The notes beneath the pieces are model-generated. The model did no database searches, was not told where the DNA came from, and was given only the letters and a program-made list of their open reading frames with translations. From Candidatus Woesearchaeota archaeon (GTDB taxonomy: Archaea; Nanobdellota; Nanobdellia; SCGC-AAA011-G17; JACPIM01), in the NCBI GenBank assembly GCA_043817645.1, contig JBDRGP010000024.1, positions 412-64,411 of the forward strand: a stretch of 64,000 bases of DNA, in the 5' to 3' direction. Positions 34,573 through 44,351 of the stretch are shown here, in pieces. Position numbers and translations under genes: made by a program. Position 1 is the first letter of the stretch. Every line of letters begins with the position of its first letter.

Positions 34573-34592
34573 ATGATATATAAAGTTTTCGG
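34573..34592 (-). promoter_or_regulatory. BRE/TATA promoter (minus strand ccgaAAACTTTATATAtcat) of the DUF4258/ZnR-AbrB operon
   Basis: Homologous to the 3711..3725 element. Followed by an AGGTGA ribosome-binding site. Confidence 0.45.
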
Positions 34593-34809
34593 AAATCTGG
34601 ATAAGGGTTATTTGACGAACCTAAGCTCGGGCTTTGATTAGTTGGATAGTATTTTGGATTTGGAAGTTCAAAAGTCTGCCGAAAAATTTTTATAGAATGT
34701 GTTGTCCAATATAACTAGGATATCTAAAAGAGGACAATTAAAATATCTTTTGTGGATAATTCTTGTGGTTATAATAGTGCTCATAATCTGGTTGTTAGTA
34801 AAATAAACA

Positions 34810-35097
34810 ATGAAGGAAGATATTGAGAAAATAATAGAAAGGATAGTTATAATAGTTTTAGTAGTATTTGGTTTGTATATATCCTACCAAATAATAAAAA
34901 GAATTCTTGGGGGATCTTTAACTGCGGAAGATATTATTATCTCACTTTTGATATTCAACTTAGGTTGTGTTTTTACTATTGGATTTGCTTTAGCTAAGCT
35001 AAACTCGGGTTTAGCCAAATTAAAATCTGATCATAATCATCTAAGGAATCAATTTAGAAGTTTAGCTGATGATTTTAAGAGGTATGTTAAAAAATAA
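34810..35097 (+). CDS. small membrane protein
   Basis: Two TM helices with a basic amphipathic tail. Confidence 0.3.
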   Translation: MKEDIEKIIERIVIIVLVVFGLYISYQIIKRILGGSLTAEDIIISLLIFNLGCVFTIGFALAKLNSGLAKLKSDHNHLRNQFRSLADDFKRYVKK

Positions 35098-35171
35098 TCT
35101 GTTTTTTTAGTGGTTGAAACTATTTGAGATTAGCAATACTTTTTTAAATATAATTATTTCATTCTAAATAT

Positions 35172-36419
35172 ATGAAAAATAAAGTTGAAATCATGGCTCC
35201 AGCTGGCTCTTTTGAGTGTTTATCAGCTGCGATTAAGGCAGGAGCAGGCTCTGTGTACTTTGGAGTAGGACAATTGAATATGAGGGCTAGAGCGGCGAAT
35301 AATTTTACTTTGAAAGATTTAAAGAAGGTTTCTAAGATATGTAAGGAAAAAGGGGTTAAGACTTATCTGACGTTAAATATTGTGATGTATGATGAAGATC
35401 TTGGTGCTGGTAAAGATGTGTGTGATGCTGTTAAAAAAGCTGGAATAGATGCTATTATTGCTAGTGATATTTCTGTAATTGAATATGCTAATTCTATTGG
35501 AATGGAAGTACATCTTTCTACACAAGTAAATGTTTCTAATACTGAGGCTGTTAGATTTTATGCTAAGTATGCAGATGTTATTGTTTTAGCTAGAGAATTA
35601 ACTTTAAAACAAATTAAGGATATTTGTAATAAAATTAAAAAAGAAAAGATTAAAGGTCCTAGTGGTGGGCTAGTTAAGATAGAAATATTTGTGCACGGAG
35701 CTCTTTGTGTTTCTATTGCAGGAAAATGTTATATGAGTTTGGCCAATTATAACGAATCTGCTAACAGGGGGTTGTGTTTACAAACTTGTAGAAGAAAATA
35801 TAGGGTTTTTGATGATGAAACTGGAGATGAATTGGTTATTGATAATAATCATGTTATGTCTCCCAAGGATTTGTGTACTATAGGTTTTATTGATAGGTTA
35901 ATTGATTCCGGTGTTAGTATTTTTAAGATAGAGGGCAGAGGAAGAGCTGCCGATTATGTTTATACTGTTACAAAAGTTTATTCTGAAGCTGTTGAAAGTT
36001 TTTATAAAAAAAGTTATAGTAAAGATAAAATTAAGAGGTGGATTAAGGAATTAGAAACTGTTTATAATCGGGGATTTTGGCATGGTGGTTATTATTTAGG
36101 GAAAAAATTAGGTGAGTGGAGTGGGGTTTATGGTTCTAGAGCGACAAAAGAAAAGGTTTTTGTTGGTGTTGTGGATAATTATTTTTCTAAAAATAAAGTT
36201 TGTGAGTTTAAGATTCAGACTGGGGAAGTAAAAGTTGGTGATGAGATTATTATTACTGGTGCTACTACTGGTGTTGTTAAGGATAAGGTAGGAAGTATGC
36301 GTGTTGATGATAAAGATGTAGGGATTGCTAAAAAAGGGGATTTTGTAACGATTCCTATAAAAGAGAGGCTTAGAGAAAAGGATAAGCTTTTTATACTGGT
36401 GGATAGGGTTGAAAAATAA
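35172..36419 (+). CDS. peptidase U32 family protein (RlhA/TrhP-like RNA hydroxylation enzyme family)
   Basis: N-terminal VEIMAPAGSFECLSAAIKAGAGSVYFG and a conserved Cys cluster CVSIAGKCYMS…CLQTCRRKY. Confidence 0.8.
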   Translation: MKNKVEIMAPAGSFECLSAAIKAGAGSVYFGVGQLNMRARAANNFTLKDLKKVSKICKEKGVKTYLTLNIVMYDEDLGAGKDVCDAVKKAGIDAIIASDISVIEYANSIGMEVHLSTQVNVSNTEAVRFYAKYADVIVLARELTLKQIKDICNKIKKEKIKGPSGGLVKIEIFVHGALCVSIAGKCYMSLANYNESANRGLCLQTCRRKYRVFDDETGDELVIDNNHVMSPKDLCTIGFIDRLIDSGVSIFKIEGRGRAADYVYTVTKVYSEAVESFYKKSYSKDKIKRWIKELETVYNRGFWHGGYYLGKKLGEWSGVYGSRATKEKVFVGVVDNYFSKNKVCEFKIQTGEVKVGDEIIITGATTGVVKDKVGSMRVDDKDVGIAKKGDFVTIPIKERLREKDKLFILVDRVEK

Positions 36420-36643
36420 TGCCTAAAATAGTTATTAATAGGGAAGAATGTATTGGTTGTGCTCTTTGTGAGAGTTATGATTCTAAGCACTTTAAGAGAA
36501 ACGATGATGATGGCAAGATGGACTTGGTTGGAGGGACTAAAGAAGGGGAAACTACTGTTTTAGAGGTTTCTAAAGAAGATTTGGAGAAGATTAAGGAGGC
36601 TATGGAGGACTGTCCTATTAAGGCTATAAGAATTGAGGAATAA
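36419..36643 (+). CDS. 4Fe-4S single-cluster ferredoxin
   Basis: CIGCALCE…CP motif. 74 aa. Overlaps the U32 gene stop (TAATG). Confidence 0.6.
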   Translation: MPKIVINREECIGCALCESYDSKHFKRNDDDGKMDLVGGTKEGETTVLEVSKEDLEKIKEAMEDCPIKAIRIEE

Positions 36644-36705
36644 CTTTTTCTAGGAAAATATTATAAACGGATAAATTGTTTTTAAATGTAGGAAGTTGGT
36701 GATAA

Positions 36706-38031
36706 GTGGGAATTAAATTAATGGCTTTAGGTGGATATAATGAAGTAGGTAGGAATATGACTGCTATTGATGTTGATGGCGAGATTGTTATTTTTGATAT
36801 AGGGTTGTACATTCCAGCTGTTATTGAATATGAAGAAGTGCAAGAAACTTTAACTAATGACCAGATGAGAAGAATAAAAGCTATACCTGATGATAGGGTG
36901 TTGCGTAAAAGAAGAGATGATGTTAAGGCTATTTTGATTGGACACGCGCATTTAGATCATTTGGGAGGAATTCCTTACGTTGCTAATACTTATAGTGGGG
37001 CCCCTATCATTGGAACTCCTTTTACAATTAAAGTTTTAGAGAAAATACTCAAGGATAAAAATAGAAAGGTTCGGAATGAAAGAATTGTTTTAGATGCTGG
37101 CGAGAAGATTAAGGTTTCTGAGAATCTTGAAGTGGAATTTATTAATGCTACACATTCAACTGTTAATTGTGTGTTTATGGTTGTGCATACTAAACACGGG
37201 CAAGTTGTTTATTCTTTAGATTTTAAGTTGGATAATAATCCTGTTATTGGAAGAAAACCTAATTATGAAAAATTAAAATCTTTAGGGAATGTACGGGCCC
37301 TTATTCTGGATAGTTTGTATGCTAGAGAAGATGTTAAGACGCCAAGTGAGAAGGTTGCTAGAGAGATGCTTAAAGATGTTTTATTAGGAACTGATAATCA
37401 TGGAAGGGCTATTGTTGTGACTACGTTTTCTTCACATATTGCTAGATTAAAAACTATAATTGAGATGGGCCAGAAATTAGGGAGGAAGATTGTTTTTTTA
37501 GGTAGGAGCTTAAATAGGTATGTAGGAGCTGCTGAAGAAGCGGGCATAGTTAAGTTCTCAGATAAAGTTGAGATTGTAGGTTATGCAAATAAAATAAGAA
37601 AAAAGTTAACTCAGATAAATAAACAAGGGACGCATAAATACCTTATTGTTTGTACTGGAAATCAAGCTGAACCTGGAAGTGTTTTGACTAAAATGGCTAA
37701 TGGAAAGTTTCATTTTGATTTTAATTATGAGGATCACATTATTTTTTCTTGCAGGGTTATACCTGTTGAAGACAATATCAACCAAAGGGAGAAATTAGAG
37801 AATAAATTGAAGAGTTTAGGTTGTAGGATTTTTACTGATATCCATGTTAGTGGTCATAGTGGTAGAGAGGATGATAGAGATTTGATTAATTTGTTAAATC
37901 CCAAAAAGATTATTCCTGCTCATGGTGGAAGAAGTATTACTAAACCTGGAGAAGAATTGGCCGAGGCTATGGGTTATAAACTTGGAAAGGATGTTTTTAT
38001 ATTAAAGGATGGAGATGTTATTGATTTATAG
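36706..38031 (+). CDS. rnj: RNase J-like beta-CASP metallo-beta-lactamase ribonuclease
   Basis: MBL motif ILIGHAHLDHLGGIPY, followed by beta-CASP motifs (DFKLDNNP…, HVSGHSGRED). Confidence 0.8.
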   Translation: MGIKLMALGGYNEVGRNMTAIDVDGEIVIFDIGLYIPAVIEYEEVQETLTNDQMRRIKAIPDDRVLRKRRDDVKAILIGHAHLDHLGGIPYVANTYSGAPIIGTPFTIKVLEKILKDKNRKVRNERIVLDAGEKIKVSENLEVEFINATHSTVNCVFMVVHTKHGQVVYSLDFKLDNNPVIGRKPNYEKLKSLGNVRALILDSLYAREDVKTPSEKVAREMLKDVLLGTDNHGRAIVVTTFSSHIARLKTIIEMGQKLGRKIVFLGRSLNRYVGAAEEAGIVKFSDKVEIVGYANKIRKKLTQINKQGTHKYLIVCTGNQAEPGSVLTKMANGKFHFDFNYEDHIIFSCRVIPVEDNINQREKLENKLKSLGCRIFTDIHVSGHSGREDDRDLINLLNPKKIIPAHGGRSITKPGEELAEAMGYKLGKDVFILKDGDVIDL

Positions 38032-38034
38032 TTT

Positions 38035-38493
38035 TTATTTTCTTTTGCGTTTTTTTGATATTTTCTTGATTTTAAGCCTTCTTTCAATTTTTTTTCCTTC
38101 AGATTGGAAACCAAATTCTCTTCCTATGCTGTAAATGTAGTATGATGCTAGTAGGAAAAAGAAGAATGTTGCAAAGATAAAAAAGAATTCTATTACGATT
38201 AACCATGGAAGATCAATGAGTTTTCCTACTATTCTTATAGATGCAAAGGCTATAACAGCAATTGAGCATGCTAAGAAGTTATTGGTAAATACTCTTAAGT
38301 TTGATCTTGGGGATAAGCTATACTTTGCTAATAAGGTCCATATGATTGATAATATTCCTACGCTCACTGCAATGAAACCCAATATAAGTTCGACTGCATC
38401 TATTACATTTGTTATTATATAGAAAGCTGAAATGACTACGAGAATTCCAAAAAGATATTTTATTAGGTTGATGATTTTGTTTTCTTCTGGCAT
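38035..38493 (-). CDS. membrane protein
   Basis: Four hydrophobic helices with a basic C-terminal tail. Confidence 0.35.
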   Translation of the reverse strand: MPEENKIINLIKYLFGILVVISAFYIITNVIDAVELILGFIAVSVGILSIIWTLLAKYSLSPRSNLRVFTNNFLACSIAVIAFASIRIVGKLIDLPWLIVIEFFFIFATFFFFLLASYYIYSIGREFGFQSEGKKIERRLKIKKISKKRKRK

Positions 38494-39044
38494 TATAGAT
38501 CAAGCCTCATATCACAAAATTGACTTAATTCGTTTATTAAATCCTCGTTACCCTTTTTCTGTAGCGAAACGATTATACCGCGAACCTTCCAAGCTCTCAT
38601 CTTTCCTGAAAGGAAATGGATAAATCTTGCTACTGTTCTTGTGTCATTATACATTAAGAGCGTGGTTAAGCTATCAAAGAAGAGAAATTTTTCTTTTCCT
38701 GGTAAGGCTGTGACTGCTTGATCCATTGCTAAGGAGATATCGCTTAGATTTTCAGGGGTTCCTATAAAGAGGCAGTCTTTTGTTTTCTTAGTTTTTCCTC
38801 CTGATGTTTCTGTTATTGCGTCTATAAAGATAATCAGCTTAACATCAATTTTTGCTTTTTTGAAAGAATCTTTTATTTGAATAAATGGTTTATTTAAGGT
38901 AACATAGGCTCCGGGAATTTTTATTTCCTGGGTTAAATACTTTATAAGTTTTAGGTTGATTTCTTCATATTTTTTAGCTGGAACCACTGCGATAACTACG
39001 GACTCTTTCATATCCTTTAATTGGTTGATACCCTCTTTTCCCAT
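38493..39044 (-). CDS. RecA/KaiC-superfamily-like protein lacking a P-loop (degenerate)
   Basis: Alternating beta/alpha pattern (VVIAVVP…LIIFID…FIGTPEN) resembles the two adjacent KaiC-like genes but has no Walker A. Confidence 0.35.
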   Translation of the reverse strand: MGKEGINQLKDMKESVVIAVVPAKKYEEINLKLIKYLTQEIKIPGAYVTLNKPFIQIKDSFKKAKIDVKLIIFIDAITETSGGKTKKTKDCLFIGTPENLSDISLAMDQAVTALPGKEKFLFFDSLTTLLMYNDTRTVARFIHFLSGKMRAWKVRGIIVSLQKKGNEDLINELSQFCDMRLDL

Positions 39045-39145
39045 GCTTTTTTAGGGGGTTATGTGATATTTAAAGGTTTCTTAGCTAAATTTGGCTGTTT
39101 TAGACTTTAGTAAGCTTTTTATATTAAAACTAAAATCTAAATATT

Positions 39146-39853
39146 ATGGACTTGGATAAAACAGGGATACCTGGTTTGGATGAAATTTTAAAAGGAGGTT
39201 TGCGGAGGAATTCTTCCATTCTTGTTAAGGGATCTCCTGGTTCTGGAAAAACTATTCTGGCTTTACAATTTATTTATGCAGGTGCGAAAAAAGGCGAGCC
39301 TGGTGTTTTTATAACTGCTGAAGAGGATTTGGATGATCTTAGAGCTCATGCAAAAACTTTAGGAATGGGCTTGGAGGACTATGAAAAGAAAAAGTTGATA
39401 TTTTTAGTGAAGCAACCGGTTACATTAAAAAAATTAATTTCAATTGCTACGCCTTTGGATTTAATTTTAAAAGGAAAAGTGAAAAGGGTGGTTATGGATT
39501 CTTTGACCATTTTTAGATACAGTACTGATGATGAGATGTCTTATAGGAAAGAGATATTAAATTTAATTGAGAATATGAAAAAAGTTTTGTTCATGGCAAC
39601 TGCAGAAGAGAAAAAAACCGGATTGAATAATCTTGGCGCAACAGCAGAGGATTATCTTTTTGATGGGGTAATCAGATTGATAAAAATAAGGAGGGAGAAT
39701 AATTTTGAAAGATGCATCTTTGTTGAGAAAGCAAGAGGGCAGGATCATATGATAGACATTTATCCTTTTACGATTACAAATAAGGGTTTAGTGGTACACC
39801 CTAAAGAAATTCCTTTTTCTTTGATGGAGTCAGAATATAAGGGGAGAAAATGA
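39146..39853 (+). CDS. KaiC-like (RecA superfamily) ATPase
   Basis: GIPGLDEIL…SILVKGSPGSGKT Walker A. Walker B VVMDSL. Confidence 0.7.
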   Translation: MDLDKTGIPGLDEILKGGLRRNSSILVKGSPGSGKTILALQFIYAGAKKGEPGVFITAEEDLDDLRAHAKTLGMGLEDYEKKKLIFLVKQPVTLKKLISIATPLDLILKGKVKRVVMDSLTIFRYSTDDEMSYRKEILNLIENMKKVLFMATAEEKKTGLNNLGATAEDYLFDGVIRLIKIRRENNFERCIFVEKARGQDHMIDIYPFTITNKGLVVHPKEIPFSLMESEYKGRK

Positions 39854-40545
39854 AGATAGTTAGGGTTTCTTCTGGAATTCCTGGGTTAGACAAGCTAGTA
39901 CAGTCTGGGTTCAAGAAGAACTCTATGAATTTGATTGCTGGAGAGCCTGGGGCTGGGAAAACCATTTTTGGTATTCAATTTTTAGTGGAGGGCTGTAGAA
40001 AGGGTGAGGCTGGTGTGTATATTACTTTTGAAGAGAAAAAACAGAAATTATATGAGAATATGGCTACTTTTGGATGGGATCTTGAGAAATATGAAAAACA
40101 GGGATTGTTTAGATTTTTGGAGTATACTCCTGAGCAGGTTAAAAAACTTTTAGTTGAGGGTGGTGGCGTGGTAGATGCTTTAGTTGAAAAAATTAAGGCT
40201 AAAAGGATTGTTATTGACTCTATAAGCTCTTTTTCCTTGTTGTATGAGGACGAGTTAACAAAAAAAGAAGCTGCCTTGTCTTTGTTTGATTTAATTGAGA
40301 AGTGGAATTGTACTGCGGTTTTGACTTCTCAATCGTTAAGTGCTGATCATGAGAGCATTATAGATGCTGCTTTGGAATTTGAGGTAGATAGCATCATAAT
40401 ATTGTATCATTCAAAAAAACAAGGCGAGAGAGTAAGAGCTATGGAAATTTTAAAAATGCGTGGGACTAAGATTCCCTCTAAGACATTTGGACTTAAATTT
40501 AGTGATGAAGGTATTTCTATTACTAGTGATACTGTGAAATTGTAA
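39850..40545 (+). CDS. KaiC-like (RecA superfamily) ATPase
   Basis: GIPGLDKLV…NLIAGEPGAGKT Walker A. Walker B IVIDSI. Confidence 0.7.
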   Translation: MKIVRVSSGIPGLDKLVQSGFKKNSMNLIAGEPGAGKTIFGIQFLVEGCRKGEAGVYITFEEKKQKLYENMATFGWDLEKYEKQGLFRFLEYTPEQVKKLLVEGGGVVDALVEKIKAKRIVIDSISSFSLLYEDELTKKEAALSLFDLIEKWNCTAVLTSQSLSADHESIIDAALEFEVDSIIILYHSKKQGERVRAMEILKMRGTKIPSKTFGLKFSDEGISITSDTVKL

Positions 40546-40592
40546 GAACTAGTTAATTCTTAAAAAAATATAAAAAAAGAAAAATAAAAAAT

Positions 40593-41075
40593 TTATTCTA
40601 TTCTTGCTGTTAGGTCACCAGTTACTGTATGACTTAGAGTTTGTCCTGTTAGAGTGTATGTCAAACTTGAGATACCTTTAAATCTAGTACCTTGTGCAGT
40701 AGTATCGTCTACACTTGGGCAGTTCCATGTGAATGTCGCTGCATTGCCTTCAGCAATGCTTGTGGGGTTACCTGCAGCAGCAATGCATAACGGTCCAGTA
40801 GCTGTATTTTCATTTACTGTGAATATAACAGAGTTTGCAGTCGCACCAACGCCGTTTCTTACGATAATTGTAAGATCATCACTGGTAGAGACTACGTTAT
40901 CAATTTTAAAGTCATCACATGCAAATCCTGGAGCTAATGTACAACTTTGTGGTAAAAATTTACCTGGACTCAATACACCAAAGTAAGCTAATGCTCCGAT
41001 AGCGATCAATACTACCAAGATAGCCCAGCCATAGGTCATCAAGAACTCCATAGCGGCTTGTCCTTTTTCTTTCAT
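40593..41075 (-). CDS. type IV pilin (archaeal class III signal peptide, Q+1/E+5)
   Basis: MKEKG|QAAMEFLMTYGWAILVVLIAIGALAYFGV, then CTLAPGFACDDFKID. Paralog of 50960 and 41646. Confidence 0.75.
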   Translation of the reverse strand: MKEKGQAAMEFLMTYGWAILVVLIAIGALAYFGVLSPGKFLPQSCTLAPGFACDDFKIDNVVSTSDDLTIIVRNGVGATANSVIFTVNENTATGPLCIAAAGNPTSIAEGNAATFTWNCPSVDDTTAQGTRFKGISSLTYTLTGQTLSHTVTGDLTARIE

Positions 41076-41325
41076 TTAATCACCTCTCCTTTAGTTATTA
41101 TGAATATATCTTGTTTTTAATGGGCGATTAGTAGTATTTAAAGATTGCTAATTTGAAGTGGTTATGTAAGGTATGAGGAATATGCTTATTTGGGCTAATG
41201 GAGGATAATCACGTATTGGAATAGTGAAAAGCAGTATATTTAGAGTGTTGGAGGGATTTATTAGGTAGGTTTTTGAATTTTTGTTTTGGTAATCTTTTTA
41301 AACAAGGAGGTATTAGATAATTTGA

Positions 41326-41642
41326 TGAAAAAGTTTAGAAATAAAAAGTCTAAAGTTAGTTTTATTAAGTTTAGGATAATATTTATTGTAGTCTTATTGG
41401 TGTGGATAGTTGGTTTGGATGCTTTGATTTTGGATACTCTTAGTGAAAGGGAAGAGATGATAAATTATAACCCAAAGTTTCAAAATTCTATTACTGGAAG
41501 TTTTGGAATGAATGTTGCTTCACCGACACGTGAACAAGCCCTTCCTCATTTAATTATATTTGATTTGATTATAGCGGTGTCTTTTCTTATGAGTTATATC
41601 TCATGGGAGTATAGAAAAAAGAAGGTAATAAAAAAGAGGTAA
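41326..41642 (+). CDS. small pilin-associated membrane protein (paralog of 51682..52005)
   Basis: Shared motifs NYNPKFQNSITGSFG / HLIIFDLIIAVSFLMSYISWE versus NNNPAFYNIITGHVTGY / PLFILDTIIILLFSMSYYNWE. Immediately upstream of a pilin gene. Confidence 0.4.
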
Positions 41643-41645
41643 TAT

Positions 41646-42320
41646 ATGAAAAAGGGCCAGGCGGCAACGGAATTTTTAATGGTTTATGGTTGGGCACTTT
41701 TAGGTATTTTGGTTTCTGTTGGTGCCTTGATTTATTTTGGGGTTTCTCCTCAAAAATATTTGCCAAATACCTGCTATATGTCAAATAATCTTGAGTGTGT
41801 TGAGTATGGGGTTTATACACCTTCAGATGTGGAACTTACGGAGAGAGAAATCCTCATTATTGTTAAAAATGTTCTTGAAAGAGGGAATATGCAAAACGTA
41901 GTTATGCAACTTTATGGAACGGATGGCAGTGTGTGTAATATGGGTCCTGTTTCTGGGGATATAGCTAGTGGTGAATCAGTGCTTTTTTATTCGAGTATAG
42001 TTGATACTGATTGTAATTTTGATGTGGGTGAAAAAGTTGATTTAGGGATTGGTGTTAGTTTTGATTTAGAAGGAGGCACAAGGGAACATTCTGTAACTGG
42101 TAGACTAAGAGGGAAAGCAGTAGCTATGCCTGAAGGATCTGGAGGAATGGGTGGTGATGGTGGTGATGGTGATGATGGCGGTCCTGGAGATATTGTGATA
42201 ACAGAAGATATTTGTGATGATGGGATAGATAATGATGTTGATGGTGATACTGATTGTGCTGATAGTGATTGTGTTGAGGTTCCATCCTGTGTAGTGCCTC
42301 TGCCACCACCAAAGCTTTGA
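41646..42320 (+). CDS. type IV pilin with C-terminal Gly/Asp- and Cys-rich extension
   Basis: MKKG|QAATEFLMVYGWALLGILVSVGALIYFGV. C-terminus GGMGGDGGDGDDGGPGDIVITEDICDDGIDNDVDGDTDCADSDC is an Asp-rich Ca-binding-like Cys motif. Confidence 0.7.
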   Translation: MKKGQAATEFLMVYGWALLGILVSVGALIYFGVSPQKYLPNTCYMSNNLECVEYGVYTPSDVELTEREILIIVKNVLERGNMQNVVMQLYGTDGSVCNMGPVSGDIASGESVLFYSSIVDTDCNFDVGEKVDLGIGVSFDLEGGTREHSVTGRLRGKAVAMPEGSGGMGGDGGDGDDGGPGDIVITEDICDDGIDNDVDGDTDCADSDCVEVPSCVVPLPPPKL

Positions 42321-42400
42321 GGGTTTGGTTAAGTGAACTATATTTTTTTTAAATTTTATAAAACGTAAACTATATATAATCTCTTGAATTGTAAAAAGTT

Positions 42401-43483
42401 ATGAGGGGTGGTCAAATTAGTTTTGAGTATATTGCGATATTTGGTTTAGTTCTCCTTCTTACTGTTCCACTTTTTTATATTGGTCTTTCAAGGTCTAAAG
42501 AGAATATAAGACATGAGCAAGTGACTGATACTGTGGATTCGATTGTTAAAAATGCGGACGAGGTTTATTCTCTTGGGTTAGGGAGCAAGGATTTTGTTTG
42601 GGTAAACACTCCTACAGGAATTACTTCTGCTTATGTTGATGGGAAAACTTTTGTGATAACCCTGTCTATTTTTGGTGCTAATAGCGAGTATATTGCTATT
42701 TCTAAAGCAAACTTAACAGTGACACAGGATTTTTTAGACAAAATCATTCTAGCTGGAAGATATAAGGTTAAGGTAGAGACTTATTTAAATTCTAGTAGTG
42801 GCAATGCGATGGTTTTGCTTGGCGGATATTGTGGTGATGGTATTTGTAGTAGTTCTGAGAACTCTGATACTTGTTTAAGTGATTGTGAGGATTATTGTGG
42901 TGATGGTATTTGTAATTATCCTGGTACTCCCCCTAATGAAGAGGGATGTTTAGCTGATTATTGTTCTGATTGTATTGGAAGTCAAGCGGATTGTGATGAT
43001 GGTGATGTTTGTGAAGAAACTCCTGGGACAGGTCTTGGAACATGTGTTGCTGGAGCTCCTGTGTGTGGCGATGGTGAATGTCAAGGTGAACCGTATATAG
43101 AAAATTGCCAGAATTGTAAACTGGATTGCCAAGAGCCCCTTGGATGGTATTGTTGTTATGATGCTGGGATAGATAGTTGGTATAGTGCATCCCAATGTGG
43201 TATACCTCCTACAGTAACTAGTTGTCCTGATTGGTGCGTTTATATTGGAAACAGAGACGGTTCTGGTTATAACACCGGGGTTTGCGCTCTGAACATAAAC
43301 AAATGCGGCGGTTGGACCGGGGGGGCCCATGTGGAAATAGATGAAATGGATGTCGATGAAACTGGTGGTGGTGATGGTTGTGGAGACGAGCCTTTCCCTC
43401 CGGGTGATGGAGAGTGCGATGGAGATGAATATTGTTGGGCTGGAGAACCAGCTAATACCTGTTGCTGTATTATTCTTGGTTAA
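42401..43483 (+). CDS. prepilin-like protein with large Cys-rich C-terminal domain
   Basis: MRGG|QISFEYIAIFGLVLLLTVPLFYIG class III signal. Repeated YCGDGIC…C..DCEDYCGDGICN modules and many more Cys. Confidence 0.6.
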   Translation: MRGGQISFEYIAIFGLVLLLTVPLFYIGLSRSKENIRHEQVTDTVDSIVKNADEVYSLGLGSKDFVWVNTPTGITSAYVDGKTFVITLSIFGANSEYIAISKANLTVTQDFLDKIILAGRYKVKVETYLNSSSGNAMVLLGGYCGDGICSSSENSDTCLSDCEDYCGDGICNYPGTPPNEEGCLADYCSDCIGSQADCDDGDVCEETPGTGLGTCVAGAPVCGDGECQGEPYIENCQNCKLDCQEPLGWYCCYDAGIDSWYSASQCGIPPTVTSCPDWCVYIGNRDGSGYNTGVCALNINKCGGWTGGAHVEIDEMDVDETGGGDGCGDEPFPPGDGECDGDEYCWAGEPANTCCCIILG

Positions 43484-43485
43484 AA

Positions 43486-43863
43486 ATGAAAAAAGCTCAG
43501 ATAAGTATAGAGTGGTTATTCGCGATTGGTACACTTTTTTTGGTTTTTTTATTAGTCCTTGGCTTTTCATTTGATAAAAAAATTGAGGTCATGAAAACAG
43601 AAAAATATATTGGGCTAAGAGGGGAGTGTTTAAAATTATCAGAGATAATTGTGTCAACTTTCTTGAGTGGGAATGGAACTGAAATTCAAACCCAGATATC
43701 CTACAATGCTTCTATTGATCCTAACAATCAGCTAATTACAATTGAAGACGTAGACTTGGTAACGTGTACAATTCCGATTAATAGGACTTCAAATGTGGAT
43801 TTGGAAGAAGGTTTGGTAATCTTGAGTAATGTTGGAGACTATGTTGATTTAGAAAATGGGTAA
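43486..43863 (+). CDS. minor prepilin-like protein
   Basis: MKKA|QISIEWLFAIGTLFLVFLLVLGF. Confidence 0.5.
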   Translation: MKKAQISIEWLFAIGTLFLVFLLVLGFSFDKKIEVMKTEKYIGLRGECLKLSEIIVSTFLSGNGTEIQTQISYNASIDPNNQLITIEDVDLVTCTIPINRTSNVDLEEGLVILSNVGDYVDLENG

Positions 43864-44347
43864 GGGGCAAATAGTATCCTTGGATTTAATTCTGTCTATT
43901 GTGGTTTTCATTCTTTTAATCGGAGGGATAATTGCTTTTTGGAATATTTATATTTTGAGATTTAATGCCAATATTAAGCAAGAAGAACTTGCTTTGAAGG
44001 CCACTAAAATAACTGATTTATTTGTGGAGAGTCAGGGTGTTCCTACTGGGTGGAATGAAACAAATGTTCAGGTAATTGGGTTAGTTGATAGGGACAGGAG
44101 GTTAAGTTCAAATAAACTGGCTTCGTTGTTGAATGTAACTTATGCTCAAATTAAAACTTCTTTGAATATTGATGCGAATGAGTTTTATTTTAGGGTGGTT
44201 GACTTGAATGGTGCCTTGGTTAAGGCTAAAGGAAACTTTGTTGAGGTAGGTAATTCCTCTTTAGATGTTGAACAGGTCATTGAGATGAGGAGGTTTGCTC
44301 TTTATGGTAACCAAAAGGTTGTCCTTGAGTTTTCGATTTGGGAATAA
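43856..44347 (+). CDS. minor prepilin-like protein
   Basis: MGKG|QIVSLDLILSIVVFILLIGGIIAFW. Confidence 0.5.
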   Translation: MGKGQIVSLDLILSIVVFILLIGGIIAFWNIYILRFNANIKQEELALKATKITDLFVESQGVPTGWNETNVQVIGLVDRDRRLSSNKLASLLNVTYAQIKTSLNIDANEFYFRVVDLNGALVKAKGNFVEVGNSSLDVEQVIEMRRFALYGNQKVVLEFSIWE

Positions 44348-44351
44348 AGGC

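Noticed and set aside
42950-43570. 206-aa minus-strand ORF opposite the Cys-rich prepilin
   Set aside because: Antisense shadow produced by codon bias; no start context.
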